Made by a program: the position numbers and the translations under genes. A DNA stretch of 63,530 nucleotides, the filler included, from Octopus bimaculoides (taxonomy: Eukaryota): NCBI RefSeq assembly GCF_001194135.2. It is 9 parts of 8 records of this genome, joined end to end, with 100 filler letters (N's around TTAATTAATTAA, not from the genome) between each part and the next. Parts side by side here need not be neighbours in the genome. Positions count along the whole stretch, not along the records: positions 18,750 to 33,149 come from NC_068983.1; positions 33,250 to 44,334 come from NC_068985.1; 7 more parts are not named here. One strand, given 5' to 3'. This document shows, in pieces, positions 27,041 through 39,455 of the stretch (position 1 is the stretch's first letter; the number at the start of each line of letters is the position of its first letter). The notes beneath the pieces are model-generated. The model searched no databases and had not been told where the DNA came from. It saw nothing but the letters and a program-made list of their open reading frames with translations.

Positions 27041-28651
27041 ATTACCATCTTTAAAGGGGTCCCAGGCATGTAGTTTTAGCATGTTTAAAAACAAAGGAAT
27101 TGTTCATCACAAATCAGTTTACCTTTTTGCTTTTGGCATTGGAAAAGCTTTGTTAGTTGGTATTGTGAGAAAATAAAAGGCTGGCTAACCTTTACCTAGA
27201 GGTTTAATGACCTCTTTGAGAAAAACCTAACTTAATAGATAATGAGGTGTAGTCCTTTAAGAGATATTTAATATTATAATAACCAACCTTTAAGGACTTA
27301 CCTTTGAGGCCATTTTATGTATACTTATTGTTCATTATATGTCTAAAAATGTAACAGACATAAGGAACAGCAGTGCTTCGTGTGAAAAGTAAGTTGTAAC
27401 CTTTATAAGGTAACCATAACCTTTAAATCTGCTCAGATATGTGATTTAATACTGATATAGTTCAATATATTTAATGTGAGAGATAGAGTGAGAGAGAGAG
27501 AATTTCATAATTTTCCTTCAACATTGTTGAATACTGAAATGGTATTGGTGGCAAATATTTCCAATATGTGCCAGCACAATTTTGATGTGTCTATAAAAGT
27601 GATTGTCATTGTCTTAGAAATGTTTATACAAAACCCCAGAAATGTTTATACAAAATCAAAGCTATTTTGAAGATGAGGGAACAAGAGCAAGTTACCTATG
27701 CCATTATGGCCAGAAATTCCACTTTTGTTGGCATGATGCCAGAATTCACTGTTTACCTTGGACAAGTTTAAATCATATGCAAAATCATCCAATTTTTGTT
27801 GAGTGATTGATTGTATTTGGCTTTTCAAATTCATTATCTGGTTTAAATTTACAACCCTACTTTTGATTATGACTCAAATCTATCATGGAAATCATTATCC
27901 TGTAGAGATGAAAGTGCTTTTTTTTTTTTTGTGGAGGTGCTATCGGCTGAATGTGTGACAGGAAAACTAGTAAGCAGAAAATTTGAGTGAGAAATACTTA
28001 TATTTTTGGTGGTGGATGAGGAGTATGTCTTTCTATCTTAGTTGAGCAGAAATAATCTGTAATACATTAGTTTCCTCCAAATCTTATCAACATTTTCCAA
28101 GTTGAAAGCTATCTATTAAACTTATTAGCCTTTTCTGGTCACTGATGTCATGTCCAAAATGGGCATAATAAATATGTAAAATTTTTATTGTAGTCAGTTC
28201 TTCATATGTATCACTCTTGCACATATGATGCATCATACTCTAGTATATACAGGTGTCAGACAATTTTCTAATTGATAAATTCCATTATTTGCAAGTAAAC
28301 CATAATTACAAACATCCTTAAATAGGTTTAGTCATTCAGGAGTATACCTATAACATTTTAAAAATTAAATTACAATGTATCGATTAACTTTAGTATGGAG
28401 AGTTAGATTTTCTTATATATAGGTTTTTAGACAATGTTCAGCCATGTCAGAGTAATAGTGTAAAATGGAGATCAGATTCATGTTCAGTAGATTTTAATTG
28501 GTAAGTGTTCTTCAGGAACATGTGATTCATACAAAAGTGATGTTTATGAAATATGATAAAGCATTTAAGCTAAGCTTAGAACATTTATAACATGTAAATA
28601 AATATGCATGTGTACGTGCTTCAGTTACACATAAATCTAATATTTACTTAC

Positions 28652-28812
28652 CTGAATTGGTCCTTTACATAGTTTGAATTGTCAATCACATAATTATTTT
28701 CTCTAACATAAATATCAGTGACAGGTCTATTGAATTCCCCATAAGTAATAAGTGCCCAAGCACCATCGCTAGAGCCACTGTTTTTATTAGCCATAATGTT
28801 TCTGAGAATATC
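28652..28812 (-). CDS. Candidate internal coding exon of an unidentified gene on the minus strand
   Basis: On the minus strand: branch-like tgctaat, then tttctttcatattcAG|, a 161-nt open frame and CAG|GTAAGT. It encodes DILRNIMANKNSGSSDGAWALITYGEFNRPVTDIYVRENNYVIDNSNYVKDQF (phase 0 to 2). The peptide is non-repetitive and not TE-like; family not recognised. Confidence 0.6.
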
Positions 28813-30094
28813 CTGAATATGAAAGAAATTGTACAACATAGATTAGCATTAAATAGAATTTATTCTAATAGACTGAAACATTTGGTGTCTGAGGTATCAG
28901 AGTCACTAACTAAGACATGAATTCATATCTGTGCATGTGTTCATAGGTATGTGTGATTTACATATAAAAAAAAATGGCAACACTTAACTAGGAAATACGG
29001 AGATTGTCTCTTCCTCACCACCTCTCTCTCTCTCCCACACATACACAACATTCATACCTATGTCACCCTGATGAAAACTCACAACTTATATATATATATA
29101 TGCATAATAATATTAGGGACAAAATCCAAAATTACAGGTAAAACCTCAATTAAAATCAATTTATAAAAAATTAAAATTAAATTGAGCTTTACAGATTAAA
29201 ATATATATAAATATATAGTTTTAGGGAAAAGTCATTTTATTATCTTTATCTTATGATATTTACTTTGTATTATATTATACTCATTTATTGTGCTTTTAAT
29301 TATTAATTTTTCTATATGTGATAGTGGATTTTCATCGATGAGTTCATGAANNNNNNNNNNNNNNNNNNNNNNNNNNNNNNNNNNNNNNNNNNNNNNNNNN
29401 NNNNNNNNNNNNNNNNNNNNNNNNNNNNNNNNNNNNNNNNNNNNNNNNNNNNNNNNNNNNNNNNNTATATATATAGATAGATAGATATATATATGTATAT
29501 ACACAACTGAGTGGACAAACGAAAGAAAGACACTCAACCAATTTATTGGGAGTTATGTGTATGGATCAAAACAGCTTGATTCAAATTGAGTTTTAAGTGT
29601 GATGCTAGTCGTCAGCCATTTTGAATTTGAATGACAGAAGTTGATTGCTATTACTGTAAGGTGGGCAGTGATTGGTCAAGGAAAGTCACGTGGTGTCGTG
29701 GTGTGATGTTGGTATATGGGTAACAGTTAGTTGGAAAATACTGCATGGCGAACAAGAAATTGACCACGTGGAGGACAGGAAATGGACTAGAAGTCAGTCA
29801 GGTTGTGGGAGAGGGAGGAGTAGGAAGGGGTGGCATGTGCAAGTATATAGTTCTAAATGTGGGTGTCTAGATGTGCTCATATAGATTCGTGTGCATGTGT
29901 ATATTGATACGAGTGTACGCATCTGTACATGGGCACACATGCACATGTCTGCACACACGGACACACTTGGATGAACACATACACATGAATATTCATTTAT
30001 ATGTATATTTTCATGCAGGTTTGCATGCATATCGGTGTGCATGCACACATGCATACACTCGCACATGTGTGTTCACAAGTATACATGTGCAAAA

Positions 30095-31845
30095 CAAGCA
30101 TTAGGGATTGGTAAATTGGTAAGAGGTGTGAATTGGTAAGGGTTGGGGGTTGGTAAACATTGGGATTAGTAAATAGCAGTCCTGCTCATGGAGCTGGTTG
30201 GTAGAAGTGACCTTGGTGCAGGTGGTGTTAAGGTAGTATATCCAGGTTGTCAGCATCAGAGACCTGAAATTTGCCACAAGGGCATATCTCTGATAAATCA
30301 TATTTCTTGATGGATACTGTGGGTTGTTGGAGGATATGCAGTTTTTTACGGAGGCTGAACTGGCAGTTGGGGGCACTGGGTGAATATGGTGGCTCTCTAT
30401 CAACAATAGTCCACTTGATGCTGGATATTTCATCTCAGAGATCATTGTGTCTCCAGAGAAAACAAGACAGAAAAGTAGAGTCCTGTCTATCCCTGGATCT
30501 GAGTGAGTGCATATGCTGGGAATATCTTCCCTTGAACTCATTATCTGTCATATCTGTAATGCCAATGGATGGTGTAGGGGTGACTCTATATACTATGGCT
30601 CTTGGGAGACAAGATCCTTCTAGAGGGCACATGCTGGGGTTTCGAAAGTTGCAGGTTGGGATTGGGGATGGTGTGGGTGCATTTTCACGTCTGTTGATGC
30701 ATGTTGATACATGCGATGTTGTCTAAGCAGGAGTAGCTCACCTTGACATTATGGAGGTTGAAGAGTTTATAATGCTTATGGCCTCTGGGGAAGTGTTTCT
30801 TAATAATTGAAAAGAAGACCCTAGCTATGTTGATGGAAATTTCTAAGCTGAAAGTGGGGGTTGTACCATATAATTCTCTTTCTCCTAATCCTTTTGGGAT
30901 GAGGAGAGGGTGTTTGGGGGTTGTCCTTGTAAACCCATTCCTAGCCAAAGCATTGATGTAGTGTGGGGCAGCTCTATTAAAGATCTCTCTATTGGCTGAG
31001 AGATTAGATAGTTGTTTACTAATGCCTGGAACCAGGTTTCTAATTACAGTGGAAGGATAGTTTGAGTTCTTCTTGATGTATATTGTATCCTCGTTAGGCT
31101 TCCTGTACAGGTAATACTTTCTCATACTGAAGTCTAAGGTTACATCCAAGAAATCGACCATAGTCAAGTTGGTGGCAACCGTTATGGACAGGCTAAACTC
31201 CTTAAATATTTTTATCAAGTCTTTCCTGAAACAGTGTGGCCGTTCATATGGCTTGAGATAGCCAGGCCATCGTCCCTATAGAGAGCCGACCTATGTGGAT
31301 GGGTATGTCTCCTGAGGATATCCGAGATGTATAACCTGAAGGGGTTGGTGACTACTAGGCACTATACAGGTATGACAGCTAATGACTTAAAGGGAAGATA
31401 CTCTCAGCATATGCACTCATTCAGATCCAGGGATAGAAAGAACTCTACTTCCCTGTCTCATTTTCTATGGGGACTCCATGATCTCCAAGATGAAATATCC
31501 AGCATCAAGTGGACTACTGTTGACAGAGCACCACCATATTCACCCAGTGCCCCCAACTGTCAGCTCTTCCTCTGCGATAAATTGCATATCCTCCAATAAT
31601 CAACAGTATCCATCAACAAGAAATACGATTTATTGTATTGCTGTCACCAGAGATATGCCCTTGTGGCAAATTTCAGACCTCTGATTGCTGACAACCTGGA
31701 TATATCAGTTTAGCACCACCCGTACCAAGGTCGCTGCTACCAACCAGCCCCATGAGCAGGACCCCAACGTTTACCACCCCCAACACATACCAATCCCAAA
31801 CACTTACCAATTCCCAATGTTTGCCAATCTCCAATGCTTGCTTTG
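30095..31845 (-). mobile_element. 5'-truncated Penelope-like element (RT C-terminus + GIY-YIG) with an inverted copy of its 3' end
   Basis: Minus strand: YRDDG at 31266-31280, VDFLDVTLD..YRKPN..SNYP (ORF 30685-31218) and GMTDNEFKGRYSQHMHS (GIY-YIG region). The segment 31365-31845 (+) is an inverted copy of 30095-30560. Confidence 0.88.
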
Positions 31846-32869
31846 TGTGTGTATATTTGCACATGCATGCATGCAAGTGCACATGTGTATGTGCATGCGT
31901 GTGTGCATGCACACTGGTATACATGTATACATGCATGCAAATGTACATCAACAGAATCAAATAATTTAGACAGTAGGAAAAAGCAACTGAAAAAACTGAA
32001 ATGGGTCCATTGGACCTATTGGTAGACTGAAGGTTAAGCAATATTGACCTAAAAGTCCTTATCCATCTTAGTAAAGTAACTATTCTGTGATTTAATAATT
32101 CTTCTCCAAGTAAAAAAATAGTGAAATTATTTAGCTTTCATTTTAGTCATGAGAAATACAATATAGAAAACTATATATGCGTTAATGAATAGGATTTACA
32201 GGCAATTAATTAATTGTAACTAAAATTCTACTATTCAAACATCTGGAAATCTATTTCAGAAAGAATTATGCCTCTTTCACTAATAATTTGAATCTGGTTG
32301 TGATTGAAAAGGATATATTTGATAACTTACATTTTGCAGTTTTAATTCTTCACTTTTATACTGAGTCATATGTAGATCACTTGCATTTTGCTGTTTTAAT
32401 TTTTCAGTTATATACTGAGCTGTATGTTGATAACTGTGGGCAGAAAGCAAAATATGTTCCTCATAAAAATGAATGATATACTTTTGTATTCATCCTCAAT
32501 ACATATAACAACAAACTGAACAATAAACAACACGAAGGAAAGAACAAATGCAGTCAAAAGAATACATTGTAAACAAAGCTTTTCATAAACACCTAAAACA
32601 AAGTTAGATCAAACAATATGTGAATGATATATAGTGAAACAATAGACACAAGCATAGCTGTGAGATTAAGAAGCTTGCTTCCCAACTATGTGATCTTATG
32701 TTCAGTCTCACTACATAACATCTCAGGCAAGTATCTTCTATTATAGCCCTTGGCCAACCAAAGCCTTGTGAGTGGATTTGGTTTCACAGGAACTGAAAGA
32801 AGCCTATCTCATTTCGTGTTGCAAGACAGTGTAGGAGAGAGAATAGTGATGTTGTAGGAGAGAAATGTG

Positions 32870-33149
32870 TTCGCATGGATGATGATACGCTTGCACTAAA
32901 TGAGGCTGCAAAGAAAGAGGTCTGGAGATGCCACTACGATAGATTGCTTAATAAAGAGAATGAATGGGAGAAAGAGAGCCTGCCGTATGTCGACCCAACA
33001 GAGGGACCAGCTATCCGAGTTGACAGTACCAGGGTAGATAAAGCAATTAAGAGTATGAAGACAGGGAAAGCCCCCGGCCCATCAGGAATCATTGCAGAGA
33101 TGCTCAAAATATCTGGCAGTGTTGGCTACAGCCTAGTCACCCGTATTAC
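32870..33149 (+). mobile_element. LINE ORF2 fragment (endonuclease-RT linker), ends at a gap
   Basis: KKEVWRCHYDRLLNKENEW..AIKSMKTGKAPGPSGIIAEMLK contains the KAPGPxG motif that precedes non-LTR RT domains. Confidence 0.8.
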
Positions 33150-34047
33150 NNNNNNNNNNNNNNNNNNNNNNNNNNNNNNNNNNNNNNNNNNNNTTAATTA
33201 ATTAANNNNNNNNNNNNNNNNNNNNNNNNNNNNNNNNNNNNNNNNNNNNATATATATATATATACATATGAACCTCACTTAATGTGTGGTGAGGAAAAGT
33301 CGCGTTGACGATTCCATTGTTGGACCACAGCTGTAGCTGTTATTCCTTCATATCTGAAATTGATGTTTTTTTTGTGTGTCTTCTCCAACAGGACGTGGAT
33401 GTCTTCCAGTGTGCATATCATGTGATATTCACTAAAAACTTCCATCGCTTCCTGTATGACCCTACAATGTGCAGCAGATTATCTCAGAGACAGCTTATGT
33501 TACTTCAATAACAAAACACTGATTGACTTCATTGGATAAATAGAGAGAGAGATAAAGAGAGAAAGATAGAGAGAGAGAGAGCGGGGGGAGCCCTTTCTTA
33601 CCCACCACTAAACAACACCGACTCTAATTCGGTGAAACTAAAATATTACCCATGTTATTTATTGCTCCATCTGGAAAGCATCTCTTCATGTTTTTACCCT
33701 GCAAAATAATCACGAAATATGAAAGCAATACATTCTGTTGCAATCCACTAATATATGCTTTTGAAGAAAGGAAAAGAAAACTGCATTAGATTATAATTAG
33801 ATATAAAAACAAATATTTTTCTAGCATGTTGATGCATTTCTCGTTTCTGAATGGAAATTATGCAAATATTTTAGTACCGGGATCTTTTTTTTTTTTTTGT
33901 TGCTTTTGTTTAGTACGAATTTTGGATACATTTCTACCCACTCAAAATTTGCTGTACAAGACTACGTATTCATAACAATGAAATGGAATGAGATTATGTG
34001 ATGTTCACATCTTTCCTAAATACAATTAGCATTATAAAAGAGTTCAA

Positions 34048-34267
34048 AGGCGGCGAGCTGGCAGAATCGTTAGCGCGCTGGACGAAATGCTTAGCGGTAA
34101 TTCACCCGTCACTACGTTCTGAGTTCAAATTCCACTGAGGTCGACTTTGCCTTTCATCCTTTCGGGGTTGATAAATTAAGTACCAGTTGCGTACTGCGGT
34201 CGATCTAATCGACTGCCCCCCCCTCCCCCCCAAAAAATTCGGGCCTTGTGCCTAGAATAGAAAAGAG
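34048..34267 (+). mobile_element. tRNA-derived SINE (family with head ggcggcgagctggcagaatcgttagc)
   Basis: A-box-like tggcagaatcgttagc and B-box gagttcaaattcc (34121-34133). Other copies: 36240-36445 (+), and on the minus strand 755-955, 37262-37480, 41455-41582, 43945-44135, 44195-44332, 48846-49052, 49062-49307 and 62620-62805. Confidence 0.85.
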
Positions 34268-35079
34268 TATATATGTGTTTGCTACGGACTTCCATACAAT
34301 TTCCGTCCACTAAATGTACTTACAAGGCATCAGTCGGACCTCAGCCATTACAGCAACAGTCCGAATACTTATTGATCAGATCACGTAATGCTTTATGCTA
34401 AGATAGAATTGGTGTTGTAGGTAAATTTTGTTGAACAAGCAATACTAACAGTTATTTTGACTACATTATCATAAATCAAGGCGCATGGCTAAGTGGATTA
34501 GGTATTCAGCTCATGATCGTAAGGACACGAGTTCAATTCCTGGCGGCATGTTTTGTCCTTAAGCAAGACACTTTATTTCTTGTTGTTCTAGTTCAATCAT
34601 CCGGTAAAATGAACTGTATCTCTAATTCAAAAGAATAGTCTTGTCACATTATGCGTAACACTGAATCCTATTGAGAACTACATACGCTTGTCTGTGGAGT
34701 ACTCTGCCACTTGGATGCTAATTTCTCGAGCAAGCTATTCCGTTGATCGAATCATTTGGAGCACACGTCGTCGTGACCGACGGAGAGCCAGGGTCATAAA
34801 ATCAACTCAAGGGATTTTTTTCAAAATAATTCTTAAATCAATCAGATTTGTTTTTTGTTTTCGTCTTTAATCCATTTCAAGCTCAATACTTGTATCATTG
34901 TTGTGGCTATTTATCTTTGAGCCAACACTTATCAAGTAGATCTATGATCAAAAGCAATCCTTCTAGAAGAATCCTGTCTTTTCAAGGTAATGTGAGACTA
35001 GATCTTTTGCCGTTATTCCAGGCAAGTCGAACGTCAGCATATTATCTCCCTTGTTGGCTTGAGAGAGAGAGAGAGAGAG

Positions 35080-35150
<71 letters not shown>

Positions 35151-36689
35151 ATCACCCTCATTGTCTCCAGACAGAAAGCTCCGTTACTGGTTCCACATAG
35201 AGACTCCTTTNNNNNNNNNNNNNNNNNNNNNNNNNNNNNNNNNNNNNNNNNNNNNNNNNNNNNNNNNNNNNNNNNNNNNNNNNNNNNNNNNNNNNNNNNN
35301 NNNNNNNNNNNNNNNNNNNNNNNNNNNNNNNNNNNNNNNNNNNNNNNNNNNNNNNNNNNNNNNNNNNNNNNNNNNNNNNNNNNNNNNNNNNNNNNNNNNN
35401 NNNNNNNNNNNNNNNNNNNNNNNNNNNNNNNNNNNNNNNNNNNNNNNNNNNNNNNNNNNNNNNNNNNNNNNNNNNNNNNNNNNNNNNNNNNNNNNNNNNN
35501 NNNNNNNNNNNNNNNNNNNNNNNNNNNNNNNNNNNNNNNNNNNNNNNNNNNNNNNNNNNNNNNNNNNNNNNNNNNNNNNNNNNNNNNNNNNNNNNNNNNN
35601 NNNNNNNNNNNNNNNNNNNNNNNNNNNNNNNNNNNNNNNNNNNNNNNNNNNNNNNNNNNNNNNNNNNNNNNNNNNNNNNNNNNNNNNNNNNNNNNNNNNN
35701 NNNNNNNNNNNNNNNNNNNNNNNNNNNNNNNNNNNNNNNNNNNNNNNNNNNNNNNNNNNNNNNNNNNNNNNNNNNNNNNNNNNNNNNNNNNNNNNNNNNN
35801 NNNNNNNNNNNNNNNNNNNNNNNNNNNNNNNNNNNNNNNNNNNNNNNNNNNNNNNNNNNNNNNNNNNNNNNNNNNNNNNNNNNNNNNNNNNNNNNNNNNN
35901 NNNNNNNNNNNNNNNNNNNNNNNNNNNNNNNNNNNNNNNNNNNNNNNNNNNNNNNNNNNNNNNNNNNNNNNNNNNNNNNNNNNNNNNNNNNNNNNNNNNN
36001 NNNNNNNNNNNNNNNNNNNNNNNNNNNNNNNNNNNNNNNNNNNNNNNNNNNNNNNNNNNNNNNNNNNNNNNNNNNNNNNNNNNNNNNNNNNNNNNNNNNN
36101 NNNNNNNNNNNNNNNNNNNNNNNNNNNNNNNNNNNNNNNNNNNNNNNNNNNNNNNNNNNNNNNNNNNNNNNNNNNNNNNNNNNNNNNNNNNNNNNAATCG
36201 ACGTGGTCCTTACCCCGAATTTTCTGGCCTTGGCCCTCGTTGGCGAGCTGGGTGAATCGTTACCGCGTCGGACAAACTGCTTAGCAGTGTTTCTTCTGTC
36301 TTTATGTTCTGAGTTCGAATTCCGCCGGCGTCGACTTTGTCTTTCATCCTTTCGGGGGTCGACAAAATTAATACCAGTTGAGCACTGGGGACTATGTAAT
36401 CGACTTGGCCCTTACCTCGAATTTTCTGGCCTTGTGCAAAAATTTGAAACCGTTATTATTGTTGATGATGTTGCTTAGCTCCAAGTCAACTCCTTTCGTG
36501 GAATTCCAGCCATGAACATCTCGCCTATTTGTATAAATCGGTGGCGAATTCTCTGCCGGTCACAACAATGATTTTTCAGTTGCTCATCATCAAGTTCCCT
36601 TAATAGGTGCAGATAGTCATCAGTCATTGGGCGGGGGGTGGCCACTCCAGACGCTTTTGCAATCAGCCGTCGACACTAGTCTCTGTTTT

Positions 36690-37020
36690 CTATCATGTGT
36701 CGCAGTGTTGTGACCCGTCCAGTCTGTCTCTCATTCGCCTTCCCCAAACTATGCCCTGAAGGATGATTTCAAACACGGAGTTGTGACGGGATACGTGACA
36801 GTAGCCAGCAAACTTTCGTCTTTGTATCCACACAAGGAGTGGTTCCTGTCTGCCAATGTATTTGTTGACAAGGCTGTGTACGGGATGTGACAATTTCTGT
36901 GTATGGGATGTGTAGCAGACTTCTGAAGCACTTGTACTCAAATGCCTGGATTTTTCGTTCCATGTCAGCTGTAAGGATCCAGCTCTCACACCCATCCAGA
37001 AGGATCGAAGTCACCTGACC
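36690..37020 (-). mobile_element. RTE-like LINE ORF2 C-terminal fragment
   Basis: SILLDGCESWILTADMERKIQAFEYKCFRSLLHIPY matches the recalled RTE motif LLYGCESWTL..RIQAFE..C.R..L.I.Y. Confidence 0.8.
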
Positions 37021-37761
37021 TTGTACACTTTCAGTCTCATTGGAAAACTAATGGAGTTGCTTTTCCATATGGTGTTCAGATTCGTCAGGGCAGCAGAGGT
37101 GAACCTGAGTGTTGTTATTCCGATTAGTGAATGTGATTTCGTCGTAACCGACGGAGTGCCACGGCTGTACTATATTATATTTTGGGGGGAGGCGGCCAGT
37201 CGATTAGATCGACCCAAGTACATAACAGGTACTTAATTTATCGACCTCTTTGTACTTTGAAATATTCTTTTCTACTCTAGGCACAAGGCCCAAAATTTTG
37301 GGGGAGGGGACCGGTCGATTAGGTCGACCCCAATACGCAACTGGTACTTAATTTATCAACTCCGAAAGGATGAAAGGCAAAGTCGACCTCGGCGGAATTT
37401 CAACTCAGAACGTAAAGACAGACGAAACACCGCTAAGCATTTCGCCCTCCGCGCTAACGTTTCTGCCAGCTCACCACCTTTGTACTTTGAAATACTTGTG
37501 TTGCAAAATACTGGCACAAAACTCTCGTAGTTTAAAGAAGAAATAACATTGCTCTATCCATGTCTTTCCTACGAGCAATTAGCTACGTAAATGAATCAAC
37601 TCCGATCCGCGGATGAGACAACTCTATAGAATTCAATCTAACGTGAAAATCTTTATGTGGACGCTCACGGTGAGAGAAATAGCAAACAATTCGTGCCCAA
37701 ATCACACTTAACGTTTTAATCAAAAGAACATATTTGATAATGAAGCCCTATATATGTTTAA

Positions 37762-38149
37762 GTGGAGACGCAATTGCCCAGTGGTTAGGGCAGTGGACTC
37801 GCAGTCATAGGATCGCGGTTTCGATTCCCAGACCGCGCGTTGTGAGTGTTTATTGAGCGAAAACACCTAAAGCTCCACGAGGCTCCGGCAGGGGATGGTG
37901 GTGAACCCTGCTGTACTCTTTCAACACAACTTTCTCTCACTCTTACTTCCTGTTCCTGTTGTGCGTGTAATTCAAAGGGTCAGCCTTGTCACACTGTGTC
38001 ACGCTGAATATCTCCGAGAACTACGTTAAGGGTACACGTGTCTGTGGAGTGCTCAGCCACTTGCACGTTAATTTCACGAGCTGGCTGTTCCGTTGATCGG
38101 ATCAACTGGAACCCTCGACGTCGTAAGCGACGGAGTGCCACCAACAACA
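37762..38149 (+). mobile_element. Full-length tRNA-headed SINE with (CAA)n tail
   Basis: A/B-box-like head (cagtggttagggcagtgg..ggtttcgattcc) and tail ccaacaaca. Perfect 12-bp TSD atatatgtttaa at 37750-37761 and 38150-38161. Confidence 0.88.
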
Positions 38150-38811
38150 ATATATGTTTAATATGGCAGGATAAATGAGGCTGTAACAGCTTCGATCATG
38201 ACTCCCTTGGAGCATTGTAACATCATAGTCTTCAAACCAGTGAAAAAAATCACTATGCTGTCGCGAAATCCTCTGAAAATGACAATTTTTATCATAGAAA
38301 AACAGAATGGACTCATTTAGATAGGAAACTTACTGTTTTAATCTAAAACAACTCCCATAACAAAATGTCCTAAAAAAACAATCTACTTTATCTCTTGTCT
38401 TTCACCCTTAATCACCAACAATACTATCAACTTCCGGTTTGTAATTATTTAGATTTAATTATAAAATTTTAATTTTAAGGGTGTTCGTTTATCAGTTTAA
38501 ATTATTTCGTTCCCAGGCAGAATTACATTAGGAAAAGCATAAATAATTCAACCAGCCACTCTGTTTCCTCTCCCATAATAATGGAAGCGAAATCGTGTTT
38601 ATATATAAATATACTCTTTTATTCTTTTACTTGTTTCAGTCATTTGACTGCGGCCATGGTGGAGCACCACCGCCTTTAGTCGATCAAATCGACTCCAGGA
38701 CTTATTTTTTGTAAGCCTGGTACTTATTCTGTCGATCTCTTTTGCTGAACCTCTAATGTTACGGGGACGTAAACACACTAACATCGGTTGGGGAACAAAC
38801 ACAAATAGACA

Positions 38812-38849
<38 letters not shown>

Positions 38850-39256
38850 NNNNNNNNNNNNNNNNNNNNNNNNNNNNNNNNNNNNNNNNNNNNNNNNNNN
38901 NNNNNNNNNNNNNNNNNNNNNNNNNNNNNNNNNNNNNNNNNNNNNNNNNNNNNNNNNNNNNNNNNNNNNNNNNNNNNNNNNNNNNNNNNNNNNNNNNNNN
39001 NNNNNNNNNNNNNNNNNNNNNNNNNNNNNNNNNNNNNNNNNNNNNNNNNNNNNNNNNNNNNNNNNNNNNNNNNNNNNNNNNNNNNNNNNNNNNNNNNNNN
39101 NNNNNNNNNNNNNNNNNNNNNNNNNNNNNNNNNNNNNNNNNNNNNNNNNNNNNNNNNNNNNNNNNNNNNNNNNNNNNNNNNNNNNNNNNNNNNNNNNNNN
39201 NNNNNNNNNNNNNNNNNNNNNNNNNNNNNNNNNNNNNNNNNNNNNNNNNNNNNNNA

Positions 39257-39455
39257 CAACAGAAGCAGGAAGAAAGAGTGAGAGAAAGTTGTGGTGAAAG
39301 AATGCAGCAGGGTTCGCCACCATCCCCTGCCGGGGCCTCGTGGAGCTTTAGATGCTTTCGCGCAATAGGCACTCACAATGCCCGGTCTGGGAATCGAAAC
39401 CGCGATCCTACAACCGCGAGTCCGCTGCTCTAACCACTGGGCCATTGCCCCTCCA
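39257..39455 (-). mobile_element. 5' part of the same SINE family as 37762-38149, inverted
   Basis: Its reverse complement matches the head and body of 37762-37950 (cccagtggttagag..cctgctgcattct..acaactttctctcactct). Confidence 0.8.

Noticed and set aside
30240-31700. Hammerhead ribozyme in the Penelope ends (ctgatgc / ctgattg), and ctgatga at ~29069
   Set aside because: The core CUGAUGA is not intact in the Penelope arms, and I found no correctly placed GAAA with stems II/III. An Infernal or RNAmotif search would be decisive.
34048-38149. tRNA-like sequences with A/B boxes as tRNA genes
   Set aside because: Each continues into a conserved SINE body and tail, one with a TSD, and I could not fold a complete cloverleaf. 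They are SINE heads.
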